DNA from: a virus
IMG/VR virus record: IMGVR_UViG_2914543266_000001
Span: 6,559-70,558 of that record
DNA: 64,000 bases
Direction: 5' to 3' (one strand)
The first letter of the stretch is position 1, and each line of letters starts with the position of its first letter. Shown piece by piece: positions 18,229 through 28,454 of this stretch. The notes below the pieces were generated by a model. That model worked only from the letters and a program-made list of their open reading frames with translations. It did no database searches and was not told the DNA's origin. A program made the translations under genes and the position numbers.

Positions 18229-18902
18229 TCTACATTGCTGGCCCATATCGTGGCGACGTTAAGCAGAACATTGAGAATGCTCGCAAAGCTGCAATTGCAG
18301 TGTGGCAAGCAGGACATGTCGCTATCTGCCCCCACCTCAATACCGCCAATTTTGAGGAAGATTCTGGCCTAGCTGACGAGGTCTACCTCAAGGGCGACTT
18401 GGTGATTTTGCAGCGGTGTGACGCTTGCCTATTTCTGCCGAACTGGAAGCAATCGGAGGGGGCGATCGCCGAGCGTGAATTCTGCGAGGCCCAGGGCATT
18501 GCTTGCTATACCCTCATGGGTGGCAGTATCGACGGCGATGAAATCTCTGGGTGGCAGCTGCCTGCGTTAATGCCATGCCCTCACCCTGTAGAGCGTGATT
18601 GCCCGCAGCAGGTTGAGGGGTTTATGTCGGTGTTGATGGGCATGTATCGTTTGCACCTCAGCAAAAATATGGACTACTCGCCAGCCAACATCTTGGGCAC
18701 TGGCGAGGTCGGCACCGTCGTGAGGCTGTGGGACAAAATCGCCCGGCTTATGAACTTGATGGGGTTTCAGTTGCAGGTACAGCCCGGCACCTATTCATCG
18801 CCCAAAGACCCTAAGCATGAGAGCGTCAATGACACTTTGATGGACGCTGCAAATTATGCCGTCATTGCCCTGCTGTACCGCATGGGCAAATGGGGCCGCT
18901 AA
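18222..18902 (+). CDS. DUF4406 (nucleoside deoxyribosyltransferase-like) fused to DUF1599/Nmad1 (MazG-like) domain
   Basis: IYIAGPYRG...LQRCDACLFLPNWKQSEGAIAE; KNMDY...VRLWDKIARL...ESVNDTLMDAANY. Confidence 0.8.
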   Translation: MLIYIAGPYRGDVKQNIENARKAAIAVWQAGHVAICPHLNTANFEEDSGLADEVYLKGDLVILQRCDACLFLPNWKQSEGAIAEREFCEAQGIACYTLMGGSIDGDEISGWQLPALMPCPHPVERDCPQQVEGFMSVLMGMYRLHLSKNMDYSPANILGTGEVGTVVRLWDKIARLMNLMGFQLQVQPGTYSSPKDPKHESVNDTLMDAANYAVIALLYRMGKWGR

Positions 18903-19465
18903 ACCCTGCACTTTATACCCTATACCCACCCATGACCAAACCCAACCTCTCTCCTCTGTTCGATCGCATCAATGCCCGTGCCTACGCCATTCTTCAGCAG
19001 CATGGCAAGACGCTGGAGCAGCTGCAAGAGTACACCGTTGAACAGCTCAACGAGATCAAAGGCATCGGCGATCGCTGGGCCACCGACATCCGCGCCGCCC
19101 TAGACTCGCTGCAACCTGTCCCCGCCGTCACCGATCCACCAGATTGGGAGTACATCGACACGGATGCACCTACTGCGATCGAACTGGCCCACACCCCCAT
19201 GGATGAGCTGAGCGACGCTGAGGGCGCGACCTTGCTTGAGGCAGTATTGACCGAGGTGCCCGACGACGAATCGCCCCTAGACATGGCCCTGCGCTATCTG
19301 AGGGAGTGTGGCCGCGAGGCTGATGCGGAGGTGTTAGCGCGCAAGGTCGATCGCGATGGGGCCGATGCAGTGACGGAGACTGCGATCGCGATCTTGGAAG
19401 GGTTGCCCGGTGGGGAGCTGCCGAAGAACCTGGCGCAGGATGTCAGGGAGAAGGCGGGGCTATAA
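18890..19465 (+). CDS. Acidic protein with helix-hairpin-helix motif
   Basis: TVEQLNEIKGIGDRWATDI. Confidence 0.6.
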   Translation: MGPLNPALYTLYPPMTKPNLSPLFDRINARAYAILQQHGKTLEQLQEYTVEQLNEIKGIGDRWATDIRAALDSLQPVPAVTDPPDWEYIDTDAPTAIELAHTPMDELSDAEGATLLEAVLTEVPDDESPLDMALRYLRECGREADAEVLARKVDRDGADAVTETAIAILEGLPGGELPKNLAQDVREKAGL

Positions 19466-19469
19466 ATTC

Positions 19470-19488
19470 CTGTACCCAAATTGGGCCA
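19470..19488 (+). promoter_or_regulatory. Putative late-operon upstream site CTGTACCCAAATTGGGCCA
   Basis: Identical 19-mer at 47692-47710; both are followed by CGTTCCG and a structural operon. Confidence 0.55.
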
Positions 19489-19548
19489 TCGTTCCGCCCG
19501 ATCGCGCCGTGGCCGATACGCTAGGGATGACAGCCTACAGGTAGCGGC

Positions 19549-19908
19549 ATGGCGCAGTCCTTCAACATTGCACGGGTGGTGACCAGCACCACGACTGAGG
19601 CCAGCTCGCAGTCCGTGGCCGTCCACGAAGTTTCACCCAATATCACCTACTGCGATCGCACTGCCACCATCAGCGGTAACCTGACGCTATTGGGCCGCAT
19701 CAAGATCACTCGGGAAACCTCCGGCAGCCTTCAGCGCGACACGATTCAATATCTCGACTTTAGCAGCACGATCGCCACATTTACCGCCGCTGCTGTCACC
19801 ACGCCGTTTTCAGATGCTGAGGCCGATCGCATTGTTGACCTGGGGAGTACGCCTTGGATTGATATGAATGCTGTCTATACCGCCAATGGCGATACCACGG
19901 GAGCGTAG
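19549..19908 (+). CDS. Hypothetical (structural operon)
   Basis: 119 aa, first gene of the tail-tube operon. Confidence 0.6.
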   Translation: MAQSFNIARVVTSTTTEASSQSVAVHEVSPNITYCDRTATISGNLTLLGRIKITRETSGSLQRDTIQYLDFSSTIATFTAAAVTTPFSDAEADRIVDLGSTPWIDMNAVYTANGDTTGA

Positions 19909-20109
19909 ATGCTTTACAAAAACTTGAGCGATGACACCTTGACCATTGAGTCTGCGATCGGCCCTATGCGGGTTGCGCCGGGGGATGAGGTTGCGATCGC
20001 GCCCTCTGCGGCAAAGCCTTACCTCGATGCGAAGCACCTGGAGTTGGTGCAGTCCGAGTTTGAGGGTGAGACGAAGAAATCCCGCCGCGCCACTAAGGAG
20101 GCCGAATAA
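19909..20109 (+). CDS. Small hypothetical virion-associated protein
   Basis: 66 aa, abuts its neighbours; basic C-terminal tail. Confidence 0.6.
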   Translation: MLYKNLSDDTLTIESAIGPMRVAPGDEVAIAPSAAKPYLDAKHLELVQSEFEGETKKSRRATKEAE

Positions 20110-20113
20110 ATAG

Positions 20114-20923
20114 ATGGCTACATTACAAGATAGAAAGCTCAAAGGCCTTACTAATATTGCGGTGTTCGATACCAGCGTGAGCCCCAAGCTGGCCTACATC
20201 TTGGAAACCCCGACCGGCGCAGAGCTCGACCTAGGCATCGAAGAAGTGTTGAACGAAACTACTTCAGAGCTAGGCGAGACAGTGATCGAGTCGTCATTCA
20301 TTTCGGCACAGCGGCCCATCTTGTCGATGACGCTGCCCAGTGGATCGCCTACAGCTACGGCGTTGCGGTTTGGCCGCAAGTTACAGACGGCTGTGGGTAA
20401 GACTGTGGCGGTAGAGAAGCGCATCCGAGTCACGGCGACGAACAATATTAAAGTAGGGGCCGCGTCGGGTAAAGAAGGCAACGGCATGACGGCGGATCAA
20501 GCACTGTCGCAGGCGTGGGCGCTTGATGGCCTCGGCATCCCTGTGGCGCTGACTCGTGTTGCCCACGCGACCATTAACCCTGAAACCGATACGATGTCCT
20601 TCAGTCAGGGTGCTGATGGGGCCTACAAATTCACCGAAGATTTGATCGGTAGTGACGTCTTCTACAGCTTCCCATTGACCAATCAGTCGGTGTTGGAGAT
20701 TGGTGAGGATAGCCTTGATCAATTGGAGATTAATCTCACTGGAATTATGCGGGATCTCCGCTTGTTCCGAATGGAGATCCCGTCAGCATCTATCGATTTT
20801 GGGGGGTCAGGCAATTTGCCTATTGGGCCGGGAGAGTTGAGTCTCAACCTGAGAATTCAATATGACGGAAGTACGTGCCAGCCCATCAAAATTTATTGGT
20901 TAGGTCAAGCACGGGCCTGTTAG
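20114..20923 (+). CDS. Major tail tube protein
   Basis: 269 aa beta-rich protein upstream of the tail chaperone and tape measure. Confidence 0.65.
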   Translation: MATLQDRKLKGLTNIAVFDTSVSPKLAYILETPTGAELDLGIEEVLNETTSELGETVIESSFISAQRPILSMTLPSGSPTATALRFGRKLQTAVGKTVAVEKRIRVTATNNIKVGAASGKEGNGMTADQALSQAWALDGLGIPVALTRVAHATINPETDTMSFSQGADGAYKFTEDLIGSDVFYSFPLTNQSVLEIGEDSLDQLEINLTGIMRDLRLFRMEIPSASIDFGGSGNLPIGPGELSLNLRIQYDGSTCQPIKIYWLGQARAC

Positions 20924-20956
20924 TCGCAGTGTATCGAGCTTGAAATGATACAATAG

Positions 20957-20984
20957 AGGGGAGGATTGCAGTCCTCCCCTTTTT
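20957..20984 (+). terminator. Intrinsic terminator
   Basis: AGGGGAGGAT-TGCA-GTCCTCCCCT-TTTT. Confidence 0.7.
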
Positions 20985-20996
20985 AATTACTCCCTT

Positions 20997-21755
20997 GTGC
21001 AAGAAGGAAGCAATATGAATAGATTAACACCTGAAGCGATCGCCGAAGGCCTGGAGTCGGGCAGGTATCGCTACATGAGAAAACAGTGCAAGCAAGGGCA
21101 TGAATGGGCTGGCACTGGGAAGTCCCTCAGCAGAACGTCTGATAAAGGCTGCTTATTTTGCTCAATTGAAAGCGCTCGGGCTCAATACAAAAATACAGAT
21201 AGAAATACAGAAGAGTATCGCGAAATCAGGCGGATCAGGAATCAGAGGTACCGCGATCGCCTCAAAGCTGAAGGCGGCGATCGACTAAAAGAGCATCGCC
21301 GTAAGCACATAGAGCGAAACTTACAATGGAGAATAGAGTCAGCAGAGTCCTACCGCGAAACTTTACGGCGTTATCGGGCATCCGAAAAGGGTAAGCTTCT
21401 CAAGAAGAAGAATGAAAACAAGCGGCGGGCGGCAAAAGCAGGTAACCACAGCGTGCCGTATAGCAGGAAAGACTTGCGATCGCGACTGTCCGAGTTTGAC
21501 AGCAAATGTGTTTACTGCGCTAAGACTGTGACAACTGAAAACACCCATAGCTGGGATCATTTCATACCGCTATCCAAAGGTGGTTGTGACACGCTTGGAA
21601 ATTTAGTGCTAGCCTGCCGATTCTGCAACAATAGCAAGAAAGACCGCGATCCTGAGGCATGGTATTTCGCTCAGCCGTTTGCGACAAAGCGAAAATGGAG
21701 TGCGTTACTTAAACAATTGGGGAAAACTGAGGCTAATCAACTCCCATTGATCTAA
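20997..21755 (+). CDS. HNH endonuclease
   Basis: CVYCAK...WDHFIPLSKGG...NLVLACRFCNNSKK; lower GC; likely ATG 21015. Confidence 0.9.
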   Translation: MQEGSNMNRLTPEAIAEGLESGRYRYMRKQCKQGHEWAGTGKSLSRTSDKGCLFCSIESARAQYKNTDRNTEEYREIRRIRNQRYRDRLKAEGGDRLKEHRRKHIERNLQWRIESAESYRETLRRYRASEKGKLLKKKNENKRRAAKAGNHSVPYSRKDLRSRLSEFDSKCVYCAKTVTTENTHSWDHFIPLSKGGCDTLGNLVLACRFCNNSKKDRDPEAWYFAQPFATKRKWSALLKQLGKTEANQLPLI

Positions 21756-21952
21756 AGCTTGGTGCGCTGAGTAGTGTCATGGGGCGAGGCTATCTGCGGC
21801 CTCGCTTTTTTGTGGGAGTGCGATCGCCTAAAAGCTCAAAGCGCCAATGCCCCGAGAGTGCAGTTCAGGACGTTGGCGCGATCGCATTCTATCACCGCTC
21901 ACCGTACCTCGCCTACAATAGTTTCATTCCACTCTCGGCACGATCGCACCCC

Positions 21953-22480
21953 ATGAAGACCCTCGACATTCGCATCGGCGACGAATTGGTGACCATTCGC
22001 CCGGTGCCGCGATCGCAGCTCAGCCTCCTCAGCCAAAAGCTGCTAGAGCTGCAAAGCCTGTGGATTGAGGAAGAATTCTCAACGGGTGACACCCTAGCCC
22101 GCGAAGATGCGTGGGCGCTGGTTAAGGCATTGTGGGGAATGCTGCCGATCGCAGCCACTCCAGAGGCCTGCCTGAGCCCTGCCAGCCTAGACAAGCTCGC
22201 CAGCGACTATGAGCAGCTGCAACAGATATTCTTTGGCGATCCGACGGCGGCCTGGCAGGGCTCGATGGCTACTTTTGACCTAGACGCATTCCAGGGCTGC
22301 GCACTGTGGCGGCTGCATGAGGTAACCCCCAGAAAAAAGCTGGTACTGGCGGACGAGTTACGCCGGGCGAGGCTCCAACCCGAGAACTCACCGCCGCAGA
22401 CGTCCCCATCGAGCCATCAGGAAACGCTGAAGCCGACACTATTGCCAACCTCATCAACGGCTTTGGCGAAGTCGGCTTAA
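21953..22480 (+). CDS. Tail assembly chaperone (G form); -1 frameshift extension to 22731
   Basis: Upstream of the tape measure gene; in-frame A AAA AAG at 22333-22339; -1 frame open to TGA 22729-22731. Confidence 0.75.
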   Translation: MKTLDIRIGDELVTIRPVPRSQLSLLSQKLLELQSLWIEEEFSTGDTLAREDAWALVKALWGMLPIAATPEACLSPASLDKLASDYEQLQQIFFGDPTAAWQGSMATFDLDAFQGCALWRLHEVTPRKKLVLADELRRARLQPENSPPQTSPSSHQETLKPTLLPTSSTALAKSA

Positions 22481-22850
22481 CGCTCTACTACACCCTCGAC
22501 GCCGATACCCTCGACGGGCTCATCTACACCAGCAATCAACTACGCCAAGACCCAGAGCGCCGCCTCGACGACTACCTCAAGCGCTGCGTCGATGAACACT
22601 TTGGCAACGACGAGGGCGCACGGTTGGCTGCCCTAGGGGTGACTGAGGACATGGTTGTAGTGAGCGATCGCCCTGCTGACCCCATGGCGGTGCTGCGACG
22701 GATCGAGGCTGGCACTACCGCCGAAGACTGATCGCACCCCTGCACCCACCCGCCGCCCGCCGCCTGGGGCGGCTTTTTCTTAGCTACATCCATTTATTAA
22801 ACCCTATATATATTTATTCTTCTATAGGTACAGATATATAAATAGGCGTT

Positions 22851-22984
22851 TAGTGCAGGGCGTGCGAGGGGTGCAGGGGTCAAAATGCGATTTTTTTCGT
22901 GTGATCGCATTCCGTTTTTTTGGAGAACGCACACCCACTTTTTTTGACGTTTTGAGGGTCGCACCTCCTGCACCCCCTGCACCC
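22851..22984 (+). repeat. Dispersed palindromic element, copy 3 (core orientation T)
   Basis: Same arms; preceded by an AT-rich CCCTATATAT stretch and followed by the tape-measure promoter; lone right arm at 22734-22747. Confidence 0.95.
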
Positions 22985-23051
22985 GGTTGGTAGGTCGTAT
23001 CGCCCGTGGAACGCTGGCATAGAATGGGGGCAGTGTTCTTAGGCCCTGTGC

Positions 23052-26000
23052 ATGACCGATCGCGAGTTGACGATTAAGTTTGTTGGCAAGGATGCGGGGC
23101 TGGAGAGGGCGGCACTGGCTGGTGCGGATGCTGTAGACCGGCTGGGCGAAAAAGCACTGGGTGCGGCTCGAAAACTAGAGGATGCGGGAGGGTCCACAAA
23201 AGGATTCAGTGGCGCGATCGCAGGCTTGGCGGCAGGCGCATCCTTCGCGGCGATCGACCTCCTGACAAATGCGTTGCAGTCGGCAGGTGCGGCGGTGCTG
23301 GGTTTTGTCTCTAGCACGTTCCAGGTCGGTGGCGCGGCGCAGCAGGCTGACGTGGCATTTACGACAATGCTAGGCAGCGCAGAAAAGGCCCAAGCGGTAT
23401 TGAGTGAACTGAGCGACTTCGCAGCCACAACTCCGTTTGACTTGCCAGGGGTAAGGGCGGCGGGGCAGCAGCTGCTTGCATTTGGTTTTGTGCCTGAGGC
23501 GCTCACAGAGAACTTGACTCGATTAGGCGACGTGGCGGCAGGGGTGAATACTGACTTTGGGGAGTTGGCTACCATTTACGGAAAGGCGAAGGTAGCAGGA
23601 CGTCTCTATGCCGAGGATGTGAACCAGCTGACCGAGCGAGGCATCCCAATTATTCAAGAGTTTGCCAAGCAATTTGGGGTGGCCGAGAGCCAGGTCAAAA
23701 TACTGGTTGAACAGGGAAAGATTGGGTTCCCTGAGTTAGAGAAAGCTTTCATTGGCATGACCAGCGAGGGCGGGAAATTTGGCGGGCTGATGGCGGCGCA
23801 GGCCAAAACTATTCCAGGCCAGGTCAGCAACATTCAAGACAGCTTTATTCGGTTGCAAGAGGCTATCTTCAAAGCCCTTGGCCCAGCGACTGCGGCAGTA
23901 CTCACCACGTTTCAGGCCACGCTGAACGAAACCGGGAAAAACTTTGACGGGTTCGGCCCATTGGCGGCTGCGGGGGAAAGGCTCAATAAGGTGCTGAGCG
24001 AAAACCCAGAGATTGCTAAGCGCTTGGGTGAGGCATTAGGGACGCTGGCTAACGAGGGCGTAGAGCAATTGGCGTCGCTGATTGAGGCGGCCGCTGGGTT
24101 TGCTGAGAACCAAGAGAACATTGACGGATTGGCCGAGGCGATCGAGGGCGTGGCCATTAGCATCAACTTTGCGGCGGCAGGCGCGGGTAAGTTGCTGGAA
24201 TTGCGCGACGCAATCACGGGACTTATAGACAAGGCGGGTGATATTCCGATTGTGGGCCAAGCGCTTAACTTGGTACTGGCCCCATTGTTGGCCGTGCAAG
24301 GGTTCCCCGGTGCAGTGCAGGGGCTAGGTGAACTGCGCGATCGCGCTGAAAGGCTCAAAGATAACCTGCTGGGCGTGCGCAATGAGTTTGAGGGATTAGG
24401 TGCTAGTACCGGGAAGGCACTAGCTGGAGCTGGAGCTAATGTAAGTGCAGCGCTAGATACAGCCCTAAAAAATGTCCAAAAAACTAGCCAAAACCAAAAG
24501 CCAAAAGAACCGGAAAAGCCCAAGCCTCCTGACCTAAGCGCGATCGAAGATAAATATAAAGGACTCACAGCGACAATCGACATTGAAGAGTCGAAGCAAA
24601 TTGCCGCGCTGGTCAGAAGCGGCGCAACTCAGGAGAAGATCGCGGCAGAGGAACAGAAGTTTCTGCAAAAGCGCATTGACCTAAACCAGCAAAAAGCTAA
24701 TGAACTCAGGGCGGTTAACGCCAACGCCCTTGACGAAAAAGGGCAGGCCAAACTTAGAGACGACTTACTGAAGCTTGACCAGGACCTGGCAAGCGATCGC
24801 CTCAAAATTGCCGAAGCCGCCGCCGCCGCGAGGGAAGCCGCCGAGAAAAAAGCATTGGAGGCGATCGAGGAAGCCGCAGAGAAGGCCAACAACGTCGCCA
24901 CCGAAGGAGAGCAACAGCGTCAGATCGAACTGGCCAAGCTGCGGCGCGATGGGGTGATCGGCGAGGAAGAGTATCAGGAGCAGTTGACCAATGCAGGGCG
25001 CGATCGCATTAAGGCTGAACTTGCAGCGGAGCAAGCAAAATTTGCCGCGCTGAAGAACGCAGCCGGGGCCGACGAGGATGATAAGACCGCATCTCGCCAG
25101 CGCATCAACTCCTTGACTCTTGAGCTGATTGAGTCAGAGATTGAGGCAGAGGAAGAGGCCACCAAAACAATCGAGGCTGAGCTAGAAAAGCGTAAAGAGG
25201 CGATCGAGGCTCAAGCTCAAGCCGCCGAAAACTCTGCCCAAGCCGAGGTGCTGAGCCTAGAGCAAGTGGCCACCGCACTAGAGGCCATCAACGGCGCATA
25301 CGATCGCCAGGCCCAACTGCTCAGCGCCCGTACCAACCTCCTCAACACCCTAGGCAGTGCCCTCAGTGACTCGTTCAACAATGGCGTCACCCTCCTTAAC
25401 CAAGACATCGCCAATGCCAAAAAAGAGAAGGATCGCACCCGACTGACAAAGGAGCGCGACAACCTGGAGAAGCAAGCCGCCACTGCCCGTCGCGCATCCC
25501 TGGAACGATCGCAGGCACTGGAACTGCTGACTTTCGACCTTAGACAGAAGCAGCTGCAAATAGAGAACCAGATCGAACAGGCCCGCATTCGAGGCGCGAT
25601 CGCAGAGAACCAGGCGGCGCAGGCCAGAGCACAGGCCAATATCGCCACGCTACAGGCGGAGGGGGCCAGCGCGGAACAGGTGCAGGCGGCCCAGCTCGAC
25701 CTACAAGCGTCTAGGCAGTCGGGCGAGGCATTGGCCCAACAATTTGCCGCCACCATTCAGCAGAGTGGGCTGATTCAGGAGCTAGGAGGCATTGAGCGTC
25801 AGGGCATCCAAGCATCCCAGCGCAGTGCGTTAACCACCTTTGACACGCAAGAACTCGATCGCCGGTTTCAGGCTCTAGACGATCGCGAGGCCAATGCCCG
25901 CAGTGGTCGTGAGCGCCGAGAAATTGAGCGTGAACGTGAGCAGCTGCAAGGGCAGAACAACCGACTACAACGACAGACACAGCAGGATATTCAATTCTTT

Positions 26001-26525
26001 GGCGGTGGCGAGGCATCAGCATTCCAAGATGCTGTTTCAGGCCTGAACCAATTTGCCGATCGCATGAATGGCGTGCCTATGTTAAACGGCGGGGGCGGGG
26101 CACCGACTGGGCCGTTGGGCGGTGGCAGAACCGTTGTACCTACCGGGCTAGATGATGCTGGTGCTCAACGCTTTCTGGATGGGGCCAAGCAAAACCTAGA
26201 AGCGTCGCAGCGTAACGCTGAGGGTGTTTTTGCTGGCATCAAGGCAATGTACGAAGAGGCGGGTATTCAGTTCGGCGATCGCCCTGTAGACCCGGCGCAA
26301 CGGGCTCAGGATAGAGCAAGTATTGAACAAGAGATCGCCTCAAGAGTACAGCAGGCTACAGGGCAAATGGGCGGGGCAGCAGGTGGCACTAACATCACCA
26401 ACGACGTGACGATCAACATCACCGGGGCCGACACTGCCGACGGTGGCCTGGCGCAGAACGTCGAGGACCAGGTGTTCGCAGGCCTCAGCCGCGTGATCAG
26501 CCGCACCCAATCACTACTCGGCTAG
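23052..26525 (+). CDS. Tape measure protein
   Basis: 1157 aa; FTTMLGSAEKA...FAATTPFDL...LGDVAAG tape-measure N-terminus; long coiled coil. Confidence 0.95.
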   Translation: MTDRELTIKFVGKDAGLERAALAGADAVDRLGEKALGAARKLEDAGGSTKGFSGAIAGLAAGASFAAIDLLTNALQSAGAAVLGFVSSTFQVGGAAQQADVAFTTMLGSAEKAQAVLSELSDFAATTPFDLPGVRAAGQQLLAFGFVPEALTENLTRLGDVAAGVNTDFGELATIYGKAKVAGRLYAEDVNQLTERGIPIIQEFAKQFGVAESQVKILVEQGKIGFPELEKAFIGMTSEGGKFGGLMAAQAKTIPGQVSNIQDSFIRLQEAIFKALGPATAAVLTTFQATLNETGKNFDGFGPLAAAGERLNKVLSENPEIAKRLGEALGTLANEGVEQLASLIEAAAGFAENQENIDGLAEAIEGVAISINFAAAGAGKLLELRDAITGLIDKAGDIPIVGQALNLVLAPLLAVQGFPGAVQGLGELRDRAERLKDNLLGVRNEFEGLGASTGKALAGAGANVSAALDTALKNVQKTSQNQKPKEPEKPKPPDLSAIEDKYKGLTATIDIEESKQIAALVRSGATQEKIAAEEQKFLQKRIDLNQQKANELRAVNANALDEKGQAKLRDDLLKLDQDLASDRLKIAEAAAAAREAAEKKALEAIEEAAEKANNVATEGEQQRQIELAKLRRDGVIGEEEYQEQLTNAGRDRIKAELAAEQAKFAALKNAAGADEDDKTASRQRINSLTLELIESEIEAEEEATKTIEAELEKRKEAIEAQAQAAENSAQAEVLSLEQVATALEAINGAYDRQAQLLSARTNLLNTLGSALSDSFNNGVTLLNQDIANAKKEKDRTRLTKERDNLEKQAATARRASLERSQALELLTFDLRQKQLQIENQIEQARIRGAIAENQAAQARAQANIATLQAEGASAEQVQAAQLDLQASRQSGEALAQQFAATIQQSGLIQELGGIERQGIQASQRSALTTFDTQELDRRFQALDDREANARSGRERREIEREREQLQGQNNRLQRQTQQDIQFFGGGEASAFQDAVSGLNQFADRMNGVPMLNGGGGAPTGPLGGGRTVVPTGLDDAGAQRFLDGAKQNLEASQRNAEGVFAGIKAMYEEAGIQFGDRPVDPAQRAQDRASIEQEIASRVQQATGQMGGAAGGTNITNDVTINITGADTADGGLAQNVEDQVFAGLSRVISRTQSLLG

Positions 26526-26573
26526 ATCGCGCTTCACTAATTCAATACATTGCCACCGTTGCTGCTGCTGTAT

Positions 26574-26595
26574 CGTGCGTGATACGATACGGATA
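26574..26595 (+). promoter_or_regulatory. Extended -10 promoter motif (copy of 74-95)
   Basis: 22/22 identity to the reverse complement of 74-95; ATG about 20 nt downstream. Confidence 0.6.
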
Positions 26596-26866
26596 CAGTC
26601 ACGGAACGATCGCCATGGACACCTACGCAGCCTCTTTCGGAACACCTACACTCCCTGCCTATTACGAGGCTGATGAGCAGGCGTGTTTTGCAGCCGGGCG
26701 AGCGTGGGCAGCGGTAGGCAATGCCAAGTTACCTCGCATGGCAACGGTGCAGTGTGGGGAGCGCGTGCGACAGGTGCCGGTTGTGGGTTCATCGCATGAG
26801 TTCGCGAAGGCATTTGTGCGTGGCTGGCGGGTGCAGAAATTAGAGCAACAGTTACCACAAGGATAG
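26579..26866 (+). CDS. Hypothetical protein
   Basis: ORF downstream of the promoter; real start probably the downstream ATG (MDTYAA). Confidence 0.5.
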   Translation: MIRYGYSHGTIAMDTYAASFGTPTLPAYYEADEQACFAAGRAWAAVGNAKLPRMATVQCGERVRQVPVVGSSHEFAKAFVRGWRVQKLEQQLPQG

Positions 26867-26872
26867 TCAGTC

Positions 26873-27022
26873 ATGGATAGAGGATCGGGTCGGAATATTG
26901 CGATCGCGCTGATCGCATTGCAGGTATTTCTAGGAGCAGGTGCAGCAATAGCAAGCGATCGCGGTTCATTCCCCGAAAAGATGTGCGCACCGGGGCGGGA
27001 CGGCGGCATTGTTTGCACTTAA
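26873..27022 (+). CDS. Small protein with signal peptide and Cys pair (MDRGSGRNIAIALIALQVFLGAGAAIASDRGSFPEKMCAPGRDGGIVCT)
   Basis: Read by eye; 49 aa, below the ORF-track cutoff. Confidence 0.45.
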   Translation: MDRGSGRNIAIALIALQVFLGAGAAIASDRGSFPEKMCAPGRDGGIVCT

Positions 27023-27087
27023 AGCGAGGTAGGGGGTACTGCCCAGGCATCTGCACCAGGGCAAGCATTTTTAGCAGGTAAAACGCT

Positions 27088-28128
27088 ATGAATAAGCGCG
27101 AAGAATTAAGGGTAAAAATTCTAGAAAAGGTCAATGTAGCAAAAGAAGCTCCCACCAAGAAATCGTTGGCGCAGTCATGCGGTGAAACCAGAATCTACCG
27201 CAAAGGATCGCATGGGGAGCAGCATCGCCTGTCAGACATCTTCGCTGCGGTAATCGACGACATGGTGTCCAAGGGCGAGGTAGTTCTAGACGATCGCCCC
27301 ATCTACAATGCACCCCGCGTGCGCCTGCCCGACCGCCCTGCCAAGCCTCTATTTCAAGACCACCAAGGCCCGCCTGTGGTGACCTGGCGCGACCCATCGG
27401 TGATTGACCCAGCGATCGCACGGGCCAAACCCACGACGCAGCCTAAGGAGAAGGAAGCCGAGATAGTGGACATTAAGCTGCCACCCTCGCTGCTGCCCGT
27501 TGCGGTGGCTAAGGCTGAGGTTGCTGCGGTGGACAAGGTTGCGCCAATGTCCGCAGCTGCCAAGGCGATCGCGCAGCCTGTGGCGGTGACTCGGGTTAAG
27601 GTTCCCAAGAAGAAACCTAACCAACGTGCGATCGAGGCATGGGCTTCGCTGATAGAGGCAGGTAAACCGTTTAGCCGCACGACATGGTGCCATCTAGCCC
27701 ACATTTCCTCAGGGGCGATCGGTCGATGGGTGGTCGTGCATGACGCTGTAGACGTGGCGATCCGATGCATGACGGCGGCGGACTGGCAGGGCATGGATCA
27801 GTGGCTCGATGTGGTGGCCGACTCCATTGTCAAAAGTGAACTACCGCCCGTGCCTACGCCTAGCAACGACGGCACGATCGCAGATCTTGAGCGACGGCTG
27901 GCGGTATTGCAGGCAGAGAACGCTGAACTGAAAGCGCGATCGCCCGAGCCCGCTGCGATACTGCCGTCGCCCATTGAGGTGCTGGTGGGTAAAGTGCGTG
28001 ACTTGGATGTGGTGCTAAATAAGCGCAACAGCGAGGCATTGGCCCATGCTGCTGAGACGCAGCAATTGGAGAATGAGAGAACTGCGCTATTGACTGCGAT
28101 CGGTGTTCTACAAAAGGAGAGTAAGTGA
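27088..28128 (+). CDS. Hypothetical protein with C-terminal coiled coil
   Basis: 346 aa ORF, Pro/Ala-rich linker. Confidence 0.7.
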   Translation: MNKREELRVKILEKVNVAKEAPTKKSLAQSCGETRIYRKGSHGEQHRLSDIFAAVIDDMVSKGEVVLDDRPIYNAPRVRLPDRPAKPLFQDHQGPPVVTWRDPSVIDPAIARAKPTTQPKEKEAEIVDIKLPPSLLPVAVAKAEVAAVDKVAPMSAAAKAIAQPVAVTRVKVPKKKPNQRAIEAWASLIEAGKPFSRTTWCHLAHISSGAIGRWVVVHDAVDVAIRCMTAADWQGMDQWLDVVADSIVKSELPPVPTPSNDGTIADLERRLAVLQAENAELKARSPEPAAILPSPIEVLVGKVRDLDVVLNKRNSEALAHAAETQQLENERTALLTAIGVLQKESK

Positions 28129-28454
28129 TGGGTTGGTCATCAGGATCTATGTTAATGTCCCAAATCATTGAAGCGTACAAACCGCTTCAAATTAGGTTAG
28201 ATCACTCTATTCAAGTTCAGTTTTGGCTAAAAGTTATTGAAGGTTTTCAAGACGAAGATTGCGATACGTTGGACGAATGTATTGACGGTAAACAAGTCCC
28301 GTCTAGCTACAAAGAAGCGTATTTCAAGCTTAATCCTTGGACTCATGGTTACAGAACGGGATGCGGATTAGAACCAGGGCCAAACCCTTGGGATCGTGAA
28401 GAATTCTCTGATCAGTGGGAGCGGTGGAATGATGGATATGCCGAGGGGGATTAA
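28125..28454 (+). CDS. Hypothetical acidic protein
   Basis: ATGA-type overlap with the upstream gene; lower GC. Confidence 0.6.
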   Translation: MMGWSSGSMLMSQIIEAYKPLQIRLDHSIQVQFWLKVIEGFQDEDCDTLDECIDGKQVPSSYKEAYFKLNPWTHGYRTGCGLEPGPNPWDREEFSDQWERWNDGYAEGD

